Shown: positions 43,470 to 53,281, counted from the first letter of the stretch. The stretch is DNA of 64,000 nucleotides from a bacterium (GCA_021811185.1 JAJZPL010000005.1:42694-106693), one strand, 5' to 3'. The notes: a model not told the origin generated them from the letters alone. Numbers and translations: made by a program.

Positions 43470-45549
43470 TACCTCCAGGCGCGACGCGCTGTTAGAGATC
43501 CGCATCGAAAATATCCCCGCCCGCTTCGTTACGTCGGCGGAGGAACAGCTTAAGAAGTATGCGGCCGAAATGCTGGCCGCCGCCAACCTGCCTTATGAAG
43601 GCATGGAGGCTTACGGCACCTACAAGCGCCTGGTGCTGCACCTCACCGGCGTGCCGGCCAAGACCGAGGAGAAGCTGGTGAAGGCCTACGGCCCCGCCGC
43701 CCGCCTGCTCAAGGACGAGAAAGGCAACTACACCCCGCAGGCCACCGGCTTCGCGCGCGGCCGCGGCACCACCCCCGACAAGCTGGGCGTGGAGACCGTG
43801 CCCAACAAGGGCGAAGTGCTGATGTTCGAGACCCGGATCCCCGGCCGCTCCTCCATCAAGGCGCTGGCCGAGATCTTCCCCCAGCTTATCTCCAGGCTGC
43901 AGTTCCCCAAGAACATGGTGTGGGAGGCCACGCGCTTCCGCTTCGCCCGGCCCATCCGCAGTCTGCTCGCGCTCTACGGCGACAAGCCCGTGGCTTTCAG
44001 CGCGGCCGGCATAAAGTCCGGGCGGCTGACCGTGGGGCTGAGCGCCAAGGGCTCGCGCCCGGTCAAGATAGCCTCCGCCGAGAAATACTTTAAAACGCTG
44101 GAGCACGTGAACGTGCTGGTGAAGGACGCCGAGCGCCTGGCGGCTTTCCGCAAGGAGCTCGAGAGCCTTTCCCGCCGCATGAAGCTCAAGGTGGAGCCCG
44201 ACGAGGAGCTCATCAGCGAGAACCTGTACCTGGTGGAATACCCGGTGTGCGTGGTCTCCGGCTTCTCGCAGGAATTCCTCAAGCTGCCGCAGGAGCTGGT
44301 GCAGCTGGTGATGAAGAAACAGCTCAAGTTCTTCACCGTCGCCAACGCCAAGGGCGAGCTGCAGCCTTACTCCGTGGGCATCCGCGACGGCGTGTCCAAG
44401 GGGCAGCGCAACGTGGAGGAAGGCTTCCGCAACGTGCTCGAAGCGCGCTTCCGCGACGCCATCTTCTTCTACACGCGGGACCTCGCCATCCCGCTGGCCG
44501 AGTTCGACGAGAAGCTCAAGGCCATCACCTTCCAGGAAAAGCTGGGCACCATGGCGGACAAGACCGCCCGGGTGGTTAAGCTGGCCGCCTGGCTGAGCGA
44601 GCACAGCGGCCATATCGTGAACAAAGAGGAAATAGCCCTGGCCGCCGGCCACGTGTACTCCGACCTCACCAGCAACCTGGTGCGCGAGTTCACCGAGCTG
44701 CAGGGCACGATGGGCTACTACTACGGCAGGAACGCCGGTTTCTCCGAAACGGCTTCCCGCGCCATAGGCGAATTCTACTGGCCCATGTCGGCCAAGTCCC
44801 CCATCCCCTCCTCCAAAGAGGGCGGGCTGGTTTCCCTTGCCGGCAAGCTGGACACGCTGGCTTCCGACTTCGCGCTGGGGCTTATCCCTTCCGGCAGCGA
44901 GGACCCTCACGGCCTGCGCCGCCAGGCCCTGGGCGCGGTGCGCATCGTGCTGGAGAACGGTTTCCGCCCCAACCTTAAAGAGGCTGTTACCGCGGCCGTG
45001 GCCGGTCTCCCCTGCCCCGCCGCCAAGGACTGCGCCGAGCGCCTGATGGACTTCCTGTGGCAGCGCGCCGAGGCCGTGTTCGCCGAAGAGGGCTACCGCT
45101 TCGACGAGGTAAAGGCCGTACGCGAGTTCTTCATGAACGGCGGCGATCTGATGGACTGCCGCGCCCGCGTGAAGGATATCCACGCCATGCGCGGCAACGA
45201 GGATTTCGCCGGCATCGCCATGGCGTTCAAGCGCGCCAAGAACATCCTTAAGCAGGCCAAAGCCCCGCTGAGCGGCTCCCCCGAAGAAAGCCTTTTCGAG
45301 AAAGAAGAAGAGCGCGCTCTTTATTACGGTATAAGGTCTATGTCCGGAAAGTTCGCGGCGCACCTGACTAACCGCGACTACGCCAAGGGCCTGTCCGAAC
45401 TGCTTACCATTAAGGGCAGCCTGGACAGCTTTTTCGAGAAGGTGATGGTGATGGCCGAGGACCAGAAGGTGCGGGACAACCGGCTTAACCTGATCAAGTC
45501 CCTTGTGGACCAGTTCGAGGGCGTGGCGGACCTTTCGCAGCTGCAGTAA
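43462..45549 (+). CDS. glyS: Glycine--tRNA ligase beta subunit
   Basis: 695 aa, 8-nt overlap with glyQ, family-typical sequence. Confidence 0.94.
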   Translation: MSNTSRRDALLEIRIENIPARFVTSAEEQLKKYAAEMLAAANLPYEGMEAYGTYKRLVLHLTGVPAKTEEKLVKAYGPAARLLKDEKGNYTPQATGFARGRGTTPDKLGVETVPNKGEVLMFETRIPGRSSIKALAEIFPQLISRLQFPKNMVWEATRFRFARPIRSLLALYGDKPVAFSAAGIKSGRLTVGLSAKGSRPVKIASAEKYFKTLEHVNVLVKDAERLAAFRKELESLSRRMKLKVEPDEELISENLYLVEYPVCVVSGFSQEFLKLPQELVQLVMKKQLKFFTVANAKGELQPYSVGIRDGVSKGQRNVEEGFRNVLEARFRDAIFFYTRDLAIPLAEFDEKLKAITFQEKLGTMADKTARVVKLAAWLSEHSGHIVNKEEIALAAGHVYSDLTSNLVREFTELQGTMGYYYGRNAGFSETASRAIGEFYWPMSAKSPIPSSKEGGLVSLAGKLDTLASDFALGLIPSGSEDPHGLRRQALGAVRIVLENGFRPNLKEAVTAAVAGLPCPAAKDCAERLMDFLWQRAEAVFAEEGYRFDEVKAVREFFMNGGDLMDCRARVKDIHAMRGNEDFAGIAMAFKRAKNILKQAKAPLSGSPEESLFEKEEERALYYGIRSMSGKFAAHLTNRDYAKGLSELLTIKGSLDSFFEKVMVMAEDQKVRDNRLNLIKSLVDQFEGVADLSQLQ

Positions 45550-45567
45550 GCCAGGAACGGAAAAGAG

Positions 45568-45617
45568 GCCCAGCGGTTCAGCCGGATAGGCCGGCGGAGC
45601 GCTGGGCGTCTTTTTTT
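45568..45617. terminator. Terminator shared by convergent glyS and the outer membrane protein gene
   Basis: GCCCAGCG (45568-45575) / CGCTGGGC (45600-45607), then T7 (45611-45617). T-rich also on the opposite strand. Confidence 0.65.
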
Positions 45618-45647
45618 ATTTCCCTTTCCTTATATTAAGGCGGGCGG

Positions 45648-47012
45648 TCAGAAGGGGTAGCCTATGCGGATGATGGCGTTGGCGCCTTCGGAGCCGTAGG
45701 CGAATTCCAGCGTGGCCACCAGCTGCGGCCTGATCACCAGCCTGGCCGAAATGCCCGGGCTGTATTTAAGCTTGCTCGTGCGGAAGGCGGACACCTTCGG
45801 GAACACGGTGCCCACGTCCAGGAAAGGCGCTATCTCGGTCTCGCTGATGAACTTGTAGAAAGGGGTTTTGGAAAGGGTTACGCGTTCCTCTATGGTAAAG
45901 ACGAATTTTCCCCGGTCGGTGAAGCGGCCGTCGCCGGCCATGCGCAGGCCGGTGCTTTCGCCCAGCTGGGGCATGGCGTAGAAAGGCAGCGTGTCGCCGC
46001 GCTGGAACTGCAGCAGGTAGTGCACCGCGGTCACGTAGTGTCCCTGTTCTTTATAGTTGAAGTAGTTCTTCACCTGCAGCGAATAAGTGCGGTACTCGAA
46101 GTCCGAGTCCAGGGCCTTGTTGGAATAAAGCACCGAGGCGCTGGCGTAGGTGCCTATCTTCGGCAGGAAGGGGTGGTCGGTGTCGTCGTAAACTATGGAA
46201 AAGCGGTTGGTGTGGAAGTGGTGTTCGTCGGCGGCCAGCGGGTAAATAGCCGGGAAGCGCTGCGCGATCCCGGGGGTATTGTCGCCCGGGCCGTCGCCTA
46301 TCTGTTTTATGTGATAGGAGTGGTCGATGTTCAGGAACAGGTTCTTTATCACCGGGATGTCCAGGATCAGTTCTTCCCCGGTGGTCCGCAGCGAATAGTT
46401 GGCCTTGTCGCGCAGCTTGCTGTTTATGCCTATGCCGTAAAAGGACGGCTTTCCGGTGACCCAGTCCTTGGCTTCCCAGCTGAACCGGAAGCCGGAGGAA
46501 AGGAACTGCGGCGTGTAATAGTAGGCCTCCAGCTCGTGCTCTATGTGCTGCGAGAGCGAGGCCCGCATGATGAAGTAGCGCTTGTCGTCGGGGAAAATGT
46601 AGTGGCGGTAGGTGAGCGTGGTCCCCAGTTTCCCGTTGTACATGGCCGAAGGCACGATCACGGATTTGATGTTCTGCGTTTCCTGGTCCTTGATGGCTAT
46701 GACCGGCATGAAGCCGAAGCTCGGGCCCAGGTCCTTGCTGGAGTCCACTACGGGGAAAGGGATGAGCGGCCCGTACTTGGTGTCTATGGTTATGTTGGTA
46801 AGGATCCTGGCAAGTATGCCCTCCTTTAGCGGTGCCGTGGACTGTTCCACGGCCTTCATGATGTCTTCTTTCGTTTTTGGTTCGGGCTTTACGATTTCTT
46901 CCTTGGCCTTGGGGCCAGGCTTTACTAGGCGCTTCTTCCTGGGCGGCTGGGCGCAGACGGCCGTGGCGCAGAAAAGCACCGCCGTTAAGAATATTGCCGC
47001 GCGTTTCGACAT
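45648..47012 (-). CDS. Outer membrane beta-barrel protein, Omp85/surface-antigen-like, without obvious POTRA repeats
   Basis: Signal peptide, alternating beta-strand pattern, C-terminal ...RIGYPF. Confidence 0.75.
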   Translation of the reverse strand: MSKRAAIFLTAVLFCATAVCAQPPRKKRLVKPGPKAKEEIVKPEPKTKEDIMKAVEQSTAPLKEGILARILTNITIDTKYGPLIPFPVVDSSKDLGPSFGFMPVIAIKDQETQNIKSVIVPSAMYNGKLGTTLTYRHYIFPDDKRYFIMRASLSQHIEHELEAYYYTPQFLSSGFRFSWEAKDWVTGKPSFYGIGINSKLRDKANYSLRTTGEELILDIPVIKNLFLNIDHSYHIKQIGDGPGDNTPGIAQRFPAIYPLAADEHHFHTNRFSIVYDDTDHPFLPKIGTYASASVLYSNKALDSDFEYRTYSLQVKNYFNYKEQGHYVTAVHYLLQFQRGDTLPFYAMPQLGESTGLRMAGDGRFTDRGKFVFTIEERVTLSKTPFYKFISETEIAPFLDVGTVFPKVSAFRTSKLKYSPGISARLVIRPQLVATLEFAYGSEGANAIIRIGYPF

Positions 47013-47015
47013 GGT

Positions 47016-48662
47016 CTATTTGATGAAGCCGAGGGATTTGACTATCGGCATCTTGCGGCCGTAGCCGAAGGACTTTTCCGTGACCTTGAGGCCCACCGGC
47101 AGCTGCTTGCGTTTGTACTCGTTGGCCTCCACGCGCCGGAGGATGGAGGACACCAGTTCCTTCCTGAAGCCGCGGCGCGTAATTTCCGCGGACGTGCGGT
47201 TCTCCTCCAGGTAAAGGCGGAGGATCTCGTCCAGCTCGGCGTAGGGCGGCAGGTCGTCCTGGTCCTTCTGGCCGGGTTTAAGTTCGGCGGTAGGCGGCCT
47301 GGAAATGATCGCCGCGGGGATAACTTCTTCCCCCTCGTTCAGGTACGCCGCCAGCCGGTAGACCTCGGTCTTGAACAGGTCGGAGATGGGCGCCATGGCG
47401 CCGGCGGTGTCGCCGTAAAGCGTGCAGTAGCCCACGGCCAGCTCGGACTTGTTGCCGGTGGCCAGCGTGAGCCAGCCGTTGGCGTTGGCCAGCGCCATCA
47501 GGATGCTGCCGCGCGAGCGCGACTGCAGGTTCTGCATGGTCAGGCTGACCTCGGCCAGCGGGTCGCCGGCCTTAAGCTCTTTAAGGAACGCACCGTAAAT
47601 ATTCTTGATCGGCACCATCATGGCCTTGATGCCGAGGTTCCCTGCCAGTTCCAGCGCGTCGTTATTGCTCTGGTCCGAGGTATACACGGAAGGCATCAGC
47701 ACGCCGGTCACGTTTTTCGGGCCCAGCGCCCTGGCCGCCAGCGCCGCCACCACGGCGGAGTCTATGCCGCCGCTGAGGCCCAGCACCGCTTTCTTGAAGC
47801 CCATCTTGCCGAAGTAGTCGCGGATGCCGAGCGTGAGCGCGGCGCAGATCTCCGCCGGGCCTTCGCGGTGTTCCGCGGGGACGGCCGCGGCCGGCAGTTC
47901 CGTGTCCACCAGCAGCAGGTCTTCTTCGAAAGCTTTGCCCCTCGCGATCACCTTGCCGGAGGGCGCCAGCGCGAAGCTGTTCCCGTCGAAGATAAGTTCG
48001 TCGTTGGCGCCGGCCTGGTTGGCGTAAATTATGTGGGCGCGCATCTTTTTGGCCAGGCCGGAAAGGATCTTCAGCCTGCGGGCGCTCTTGCCGCGGTAGA
48101 ACGGGGAAGCGGAGGCGTTTATTATGATGGAGGCTCTGCCGGCGCGCAGCGTGGCCGCGGGGTCGCTGCGGTAAAGCAGGCGGCTCGGCAGCAGGGCGGT
48201 TCCGGCCCAGATGTCCTCGCAGATGGTGAGCCCTATCAGCGCCCCGCCGAACTTTATCGGGCGGTTCAGGGCGGCGGGCTCGAAGTAGCGGGCCTCGTCG
48301 AAAATGTCGTACGTGGGCAGCAGGGACTTGGCCTGCCTGGCGATCACCTTCCCCCCGGAGAGCAGCGCCAGGGAGTTCAGCAGGGCCTTGCCCTTGCGGG
48401 CCGGGTTCCTGTCCGCGAAGCCTACTGCCAGCGCGGTCTTGAGCTTCAGCCCCGCCAGGCGCTTAAGAGCGCGCAGGTTGGCGTTTATGAAATCTTTTTT
48501 TTCCAGCAGGTCTAGCGGCGGGTAGCCGGTGAGCGCGAGCTCAGGGAAAACGGCCAGGTCCGCGCCCAGCGCCTGCGCGCGCCGGGCGAACGCCTCTATT
48601 TTAAGCGAGTTCGCTTCGATGTCGCCTACCTTCGGGTTTATCTGCGCGATGGCTATTTTCAT
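47016..48662 (-). CDS. nadE: Glutamine-dependent NAD+ synthetase
   Basis: N-terminal nitrilase-like domain and PP-loop SGGIDSAV. Confidence 0.93.
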   Translation of the reverse strand: MKIAIAQINPKVGDIEANSLKIEAFARRAQALGADLAVFPELALTGYPPLDLLEKKDFINANLRALKRLAGLKLKTALAVGFADRNPARKGKALLNSLALLSGGKVIARQAKSLLPTYDIFDEARYFEPAALNRPIKFGGALIGLTICEDIWAGTALLPSRLLYRSDPAATLRAGRASIIINASASPFYRGKSARRLKILSGLAKKMRAHIIYANQAGANDELIFDGNSFALAPSGKVIARGKAFEEDLLLVDTELPAAAVPAEHREGPAEICAALTLGIRDYFGKMGFKKAVLGLSGGIDSAVVAALAARALGPKNVTGVLMPSVYTSDQSNNDALELAGNLGIKAMMVPIKNIYGAFLKELKAGDPLAEVSLTMQNLQSRSRGSILMALANANGWLTLATGNKSELAVGYCTLYGDTAGAMAPISDLFKTEVYRLAAYLNEGEEVIPAAIISRPPTAELKPGQKDQDDLPPYAELDEILRLYLEENRTSAEITRRGFRKELVSSILRRVEANEYKRKQLPVGLKVTEKSFGYGRKMPIVKSLGFIK

Positions 48663-48741
48663 GGTTCGATAAGTAGAGTATAGAAAATTACCGACGCTGG
48701 TGTAAAAAAGGCGGTTATATTTATATTAGAATGTGTGGGTT

Positions 48742-48948
48742 ATGAAAATCATTTTCCTCTTGCCCCTCCTGGCGCTGGGCGGCTGCGTAATGGTCCACCA
48801 GGTGGACCGCGGAACCCTTGCCCAGAAAGTTATGCAGTTCGAGCCGATGGGGAACCGGCAGGCTTTCCTTAACGACGTGCATTCCATCAGGGAAGGCGCT
48901 TCGGGCGGCGTGGGCCAGAGCGCGGGGGGCGGCTGTGGCTGCAATTAG
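48742..48948 (+). CDS. Small lipoprotein, DUF4266-like, with a C-terminal GGGCGCN tail
   Basis: Lipobox LALGGC. The terminal GGGCGCN is, as I recall it, the hallmark of DUF4266. Trimmed from the GTG at 48733. Confidence 0.72.
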   Translation: MKIIFLLPLLALGGCVMVHQVDRGTLAQKVMQFEPMGNRQAFLNDVHSIREGASGGVGQSAGGGCGCN

Positions 48949-50107
48949 ACGCGTTCTCCTGGCTTTCATCTTCCTGGTCTACCTGGAAAAATACGCCGCG
49001 GCCGCCTCCACGGACCTGGACCTGGTGGTCAATTCCCTTTACCAGAGCGGCAAGGGCGGCAAGCAGGTTTTCGACGGCAGCGGCGACCAGTCCCTTACGC
49101 TGTACGAGCCCGTGCTTTACATGAATTCGCAGATAGACTCCAATACCAGCGTTTTCGGCAGCCTGGTCTTCGACGCGCTCTCTTCCGCTTCGGCCAAGGC
49201 CTTCGACTCCGGCACCGGCGCCTCCGGCGGCGGGGGAGGCGGCGGCGAGGGCGACGACGGCGGCGAAGGCGGGAGTTCCGGCTGGCAGACCCGCGTAGGC
49301 GCGGAGCTGGGCTATGCCAAGAAGACCGGTACCTGGGCTTTTACCCCCACCGCGGGTTTTTCCCACGAGCTTTCCTATAACTCGTTCCACGGCGGGCTGA
49401 ACGTGCAGAAGTTCTTCGCCGAGGATAACTTCGTGCTTTCGGCCGGGGTCTTCCACTTTTCGGACGAGGCCAACCCATGGGACCTGAACCTGCACAAGTT
49501 CGCGGGCTTCAAGAATAAGACCACCAATTCCGTGAACGCCAGCGCCACGCAGCTGCTGAGCGAAAAGGACATCGTGCTGGGCGGGATAAGCTTCACCGGG
49601 CAGAGCGGTTTCCTGGAGGGCACGCGCAACACGGTGAGCACCGGCACCGCGGTAACCGACCGGGCCAGCGAGCTGCTGCCAGGGTCCAGGGAGAAGTGGA
49701 CCGCCAATACCCGCTATGTGCACGGCCTGGGAGAAGGCGCCGCCTTCCACCTGGATTACAGGTATTATACCGACAGCTGGAACATCCGCTCCCATACCTG
49801 GGAACCCTCGCTGGCCTTCGCGTTCGACGACGAGGCCGGTACCTGGCGCCTGTTCTACCGGCGTTATTCCCAGACCGCGGCCAAGTACTACGGCGACGCC
49901 TTCTACGCGCAGCGAACTTTCATGACCTCCGATTCCGACCTGGCTAAGTTTTCCGCCAACGAGGCCGGCGCGCAGCTCGCCTACGCCCCGGAGCCCGGCG
50001 AGGGCGACACCACGGCGTGGGAATACGGCGCCACGGTCATGTACTATAAACGCAGCAACGACCTGGACGCGGTGGTCGTGCAGGCCGATATCTCGGCTAA
50101 ATTCTGA
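48935..50107 (+). CDS. DUF3570-like putative outer membrane beta-barrel protein
   Basis: Start set at the GTG at 48935 (MAAIRRVLLAFIFLVYL...); upstream the frame overlaps the lipoprotein gene. C-terminal ...DISAKF. Gly-rich insert with DSGTGAS. Confidence 0.65.
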   Translation: MAAIRRVLLAFIFLVYLEKYAAAASTDLDLVVNSLYQSGKGGKQVFDGSGDQSLTLYEPVLYMNSQIDSNTSVFGSLVFDALSSASAKAFDSGTGASGGGGGGGEGDDGGEGGSSGWQTRVGAELGYAKKTGTWAFTPTAGFSHELSYNSFHGGLNVQKFFAEDNFVLSAGVFHFSDEANPWDLNLHKFAGFKNKTTNSVNASATQLLSEKDIVLGGISFTGQSGFLEGTRNTVSTGTAVTDRASELLPGSREKWTANTRYVHGLGEGAAFHLDYRYYTDSWNIRSHTWEPSLAFAFDDEAGTWRLFYRRYSQTAAKYYGDAFYAQRTFMTSDSDLAKFSANEAGAQLAYAPEPGEGDTTAWEYGATVMYYKRSNDLDAVVVQADISAKF

Positions 50108-51102
50108 TGACTGAACCTGTTTCCGTTTCAAGAACCCGTATGGGGTCGCCCTTCAACATCCTCGCCTACCCGGGCGGAGGGCGGCGCCCTGCCTCGGAGC
50201 AGGAGCTGCTAGCGGCGGTGAACACGGCTTACGCCGAGCTGGCCGCCGTGGAGGATATGCTGACGGATTTCCGCGACAGCCCGCTCACCCGCGTTAACGA
50301 CGGCGCCGGCGGGCCGCCCGTTAAGGTCCCCCAGGAACTTTTAGAGCTGCTGGAATTCGCGCTCGGCGCCTGCCGGGATTCCGGCGGGGCTTTCGACATA
50401 ACCTTTTCTTCCGTGGGTATGCTGTGGCGCGAGGCTTTCCGCACCGGCGTCCCCCCTTCCGGCGCCGCCATAGACGCGGCGCTGCGGCTGGTGGACTATT
50501 CCAAAGTCGAACTGGACCGCGCGGCCTGCACGGTGCGCCTGCCCGAGGCCGGGATGCGCCTCGGCCTGGGCTCCATAGGCAAAGGCTACGGCGTGGACCG
50601 GGCTTTCCGCGTGCTGCGCGACCTCGGGCTCGAGAATTTCCTGGTGAACGGGGCCGGCGACATAAGGGTCTGTTCCGGGCCCGGCGCGCCGCGGCCCTGG
50701 CGCGTGGCCATAAAGAACCCCTTCGCCTCCGACGGCAGGGCCGCGGGCTTCCTGGACCTCAGGAACGGGGCGGTGGTAACCTCCGGCGACTACGAGAAAT
50801 ATTTCATCCACCGGGGCGTGAAGTATCACCACATCATCGACGCGCGCACCGGGCGCGTGCGCAGCGACGTCGCCAGCGTCACCGTGGCGGCTTCCACGGC
50901 CACGATCGCCAACGCCTGCACTATTTCCGCTATGGCCCTGGGGCCGGAGGAAGGCGCCGCTTTCCTTAACCGCAGGCGCGGGGCCGGCGGCGTGATAATA
51001 GATACCTCCGGAAAAACCATGAACTGCGGCCTTAAGGCCGGGATACTCAATTACGAAAGCCAGCATCTTGAAGGAGAACTACATGCCGCAGATAAACCTT
51101 GA
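50107..51102 (+). CDS. apbE: FAD:protein FMN transferase (ApbE family), no signal peptide
   Basis: RMGSPFNI and SIGKGYGVD motifs. TGATG overlap with the upstream gene. Confidence 0.88.
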   Translation: MTEPVSVSRTRMGSPFNILAYPGGGRRPASEQELLAAVNTAYAELAAVEDMLTDFRDSPLTRVNDGAGGPPVKVPQELLELLEFALGACRDSGGAFDITFSSVGMLWREAFRTGVPPSGAAIDAALRLVDYSKVELDRAACTVRLPEAGMRLGLGSIGKGYGVDRAFRVLRDLGLENFLVNGAGDIRVCSGPGAPRPWRVAIKNPFASDGRAAGFLDLRNGAVVTSGDYEKYFIHRGVKYHHIIDARTGRVRSDVASVTVAASTATIANACTISAMALGPEEGAAFLNRRRGAGGVIIDTSGKTMNCGLKAGILNYESQHLEGELHAADKP

Positions 51103-51760
51103 TTCCATCTCGCTCGTGACCTTCGCCGCGGTCTACCTGTCGGGCCTGCTCACGTCGCTGACGCCCTGCGTGTACCCGATCCTCCCCATAGTGGTGGGGT
51201 ACCTGGGCTCGCGGGAGGGCAGCGCGGGCAGCCGCCTGGCGGCCAGCCTCGCCTACATCCTGGGGCTGTCCATCGTCTATACCTCGCTCGGCCTCGCCGC
51301 CGCGCTCACTGGCACGCTCTTCGGCACCATGACGGCCAACAGCTGGGTCTACCTCGCCTTCGGCACGCTTATGCTCTACCTCGGCGGCAGTATGATGGAC
51401 TGGTACTACATCCCTATGCCCAGGCTGCCCGGCGTGGCTTCGGAGTCTTTGAAAAAATCCCCGTTCTTCGGACCTTTCATCATGGGCCTTACTTCGGGCG
51501 TAGTGGCTTCCCCCTGCACCGCGCCGGTGCTGGGCACGCTGCTGTTCTATGTGGCGGCAAAAAAGGCCGTGGTGACCGGGGCGCTTCTGATGTTCACGTT
51601 CTCGCTGGGCCTCAGCACCATGCTGCTTATCATCGGCTTCTTCGCCGGGACGCTCCTGCCCAAGTCCGGGGCGTGGATGGTTAAGGTGAAGAAGGGCCTG
51701 GCGCTGCTGATCATAGCGGCCGCTATCTATTTCATATACACCGCCGGTACGCTGGCGTAA
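51083..51760 (+). CDS. ccdA: CcdA/DsbD-family transmembrane thiol-disulfide electron transporter
   Basis: Conserved Cys in TM1 (LTPCVYPILP) and TM4 (ASPCTAPVLG). ATG at 51083 preceded by AAGGAG. Confidence 0.85.
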   Translation: MPQINLDSISLVTFAAVYLSGLLTSLTPCVYPILPIVVGYLGSREGSAGSRLAASLAYILGLSIVYTSLGLAAALTGTLFGTMTANSWVYLAFGTLMLYLGGSMMDWYYIPMPRLPGVASESLKKSPFFGPFIMGLTSGVVASPCTAPVLGTLLFYVAAKKAVVTGALLMFTFSLGLSTMLLIIGFFAGTLLPKSGAWMVKVKKGLALLIIAAAIYFIYTAGTLA

Positions 51761-51773
51761 TTTAGGAGGAAAG

Positions 51774-52241
51774 ATGAAAAAGAAAATTGTCGCGCTGTTC
51801 TGCGCCGCCGCGGCGCTGGCCGTTTCCCTGGCTTACGCCGGGGAGGACCTGGGCAAGGTGGTGCCGTTCGATCTGGCGGGCCTGGACGGCAGGCAGGTGA
51901 AACTGGAAAACAGCCTGGGCAAAGGCTACGTGGTGCTCAACTTCTGGGCGCGGTGGTGCGCCTCGTGCGAAGAGGAGATCCCGCAGCTGGCCGCGCTTAT
52001 GAAGCAGCCCGGCGCGGGCAAGGCGGTCTTCATAGGCGTTAACGTGGGAGATAAAGCGGCCAAGGCCTCCAAGTTCGTGGCCAAGACCAAGTATCCCTAC
52101 CTGGTGGCGCTGGACAAGGACAAGGCCGTGGCCAGGAAATACGGGGTGCTGGGGCTGCCGGTCACTATCATAATTTCCAAAGAGGGAAAGATAGTTTTCC
52201 GCGGCTCGAGGCCCCCCAAGACCTTCGACTTCACCAAGTAG
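51774..52241 (+). CDS. TlpA/ResA-like periplasmic thioredoxin-fold oxidoreductase
   Basis: Signal anchor plus WCASC active site. Confidence 0.87.
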   Translation: MKKKIVALFCAAAALAVSLAYAGEDLGKVVPFDLAGLDGRQVKLENSLGKGYVVLNFWARWCASCEEEIPQLAALMKQPGAGKAVFIGVNVGDKAAKASKFVAKTKYPYLVALDKDKAVARKYGVLGLPVTIIISKEGKIVFRGSRPPKTFDFTK

Positions 52242-52381
52242 GGAACTTTCCCCTCCGCGCGTGTCGGGGCTTCCGTTGAAAACGGGGCCCCGATTATGAT
52301 ATCATACCAGTGTTGAAATCCTGCTCCATGAGGGCGGGAAAAGAAACGAAACGTATAAAGCACGGAGGATAGGAAAATAAA

Positions 52382-53206
52382 ATGTTGAACGTATCGATGA
52401 AAAGCATGCTGGAAGCGGGTGTTCATTTCGGTCACCAGACCTACCGGTGGAATCCCAAGATGTCTCGCTACATCTTCGGCGAGCGCAACGGGATCCACAT
52501 TCTCGATCTGCAGAAAACCGTAAAAGAGATCAAGAAGGCCTATACCTTCGCCAAAGACGCCGCCAAGCAGGGCAAGACTTTCCTGTTCGTGGGCACCAAA
52601 AAGCAGGCCAAGGAGATCATCCGTGAGGAAGCCCTCCGCGCCGACGTCTCCTGCGTGCACGAGAAATGGCTGGGCGGCACGCTCACCAATTTCGAGACCC
52701 TGAAGAAGTCCCTCAAGCGCCTCGAGGAGCTCGAGAAGTTCGAGAACGACGGCCTGTTCAAGGTCATGTCGAAGAAAGAGGTTTCCCGCCTGAGCAAGGA
52801 AAAGGCCCGCCTGGTAAAGCTGATGAGCGGCATCCGCAACATGCGCAACCTCCCGGACATCATGTTCATCGTAGACCCGGTGAACGAAGCCAACGCGCTT
52901 AAGGAAGCCCACAAGCTCAAGATCACCGTAGTCGGCGTCTGCGACACCAACTGCGATCCCGACCAGCTCGACTGGCCCATCCCCGGCAACGACGACGCCG
53001 CCCGTTCCATCAGGCTGTTCTGCGCCACTATGGCCGACGCCGTGATCGACGGCCGCGCCGAAGCTGAAGCCGAAAAGGCCGCCGCGCACCAGCAGACCCA
53101 GGAAGCCGCCGCCGTGGAAGCCGGCGAAGCCCCCGCGGTCGACCCCGCCTTCAACCAGGTGGAAGAAGTTCCCGCCGCTGAAGAGCCCGTCAGAACCGAA
53201 GAATAA
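52382..53206 (+). CDS. rpsB: 30S ribosomal protein S2
   Basis: [18 protein letters not shown]. Acidic/Ala-rich C-terminal tail. Confidence 0.95.
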   Translation: MLNVSMKSMLEAGVHFGHQTYRWNPKMSRYIFGERNGIHILDLQKTVKEIKKAYTFAKDAAKQGKTFLFVGTKKQAKEIIREEALRADVSCVHEKWLGGTLTNFETLKKSLKRLEELEKFENDGLFKVMSKKEVSRLSKEKARLVKLMSGIRNMRNLPDIMFIVDPVNEANALKEAHKLKITVVGVCDTNCDPDQLDWPIPGNDDAARSIRLFCATMADAVIDGRAEAEAEKAAAHQQTQEAAAVEAGEAPAVDPAFNQVEEVPAAEEPVRTEE

Positions 53207-53281
53207 CAGTTCTACTGACAACGGGGGCGGCGGCTGTAAATGCCGGCGCCCCTTTTCTTAATACCAAAGGAGAACAACGAT

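Noticed and set aside
43492-45363. 623-aa minus-strand ORF opposite glyS
   Set aside because: Same reasoning: it is antisense to a clearly conserved GlyRS beta subunit, with biased composition, no SD and no motif.
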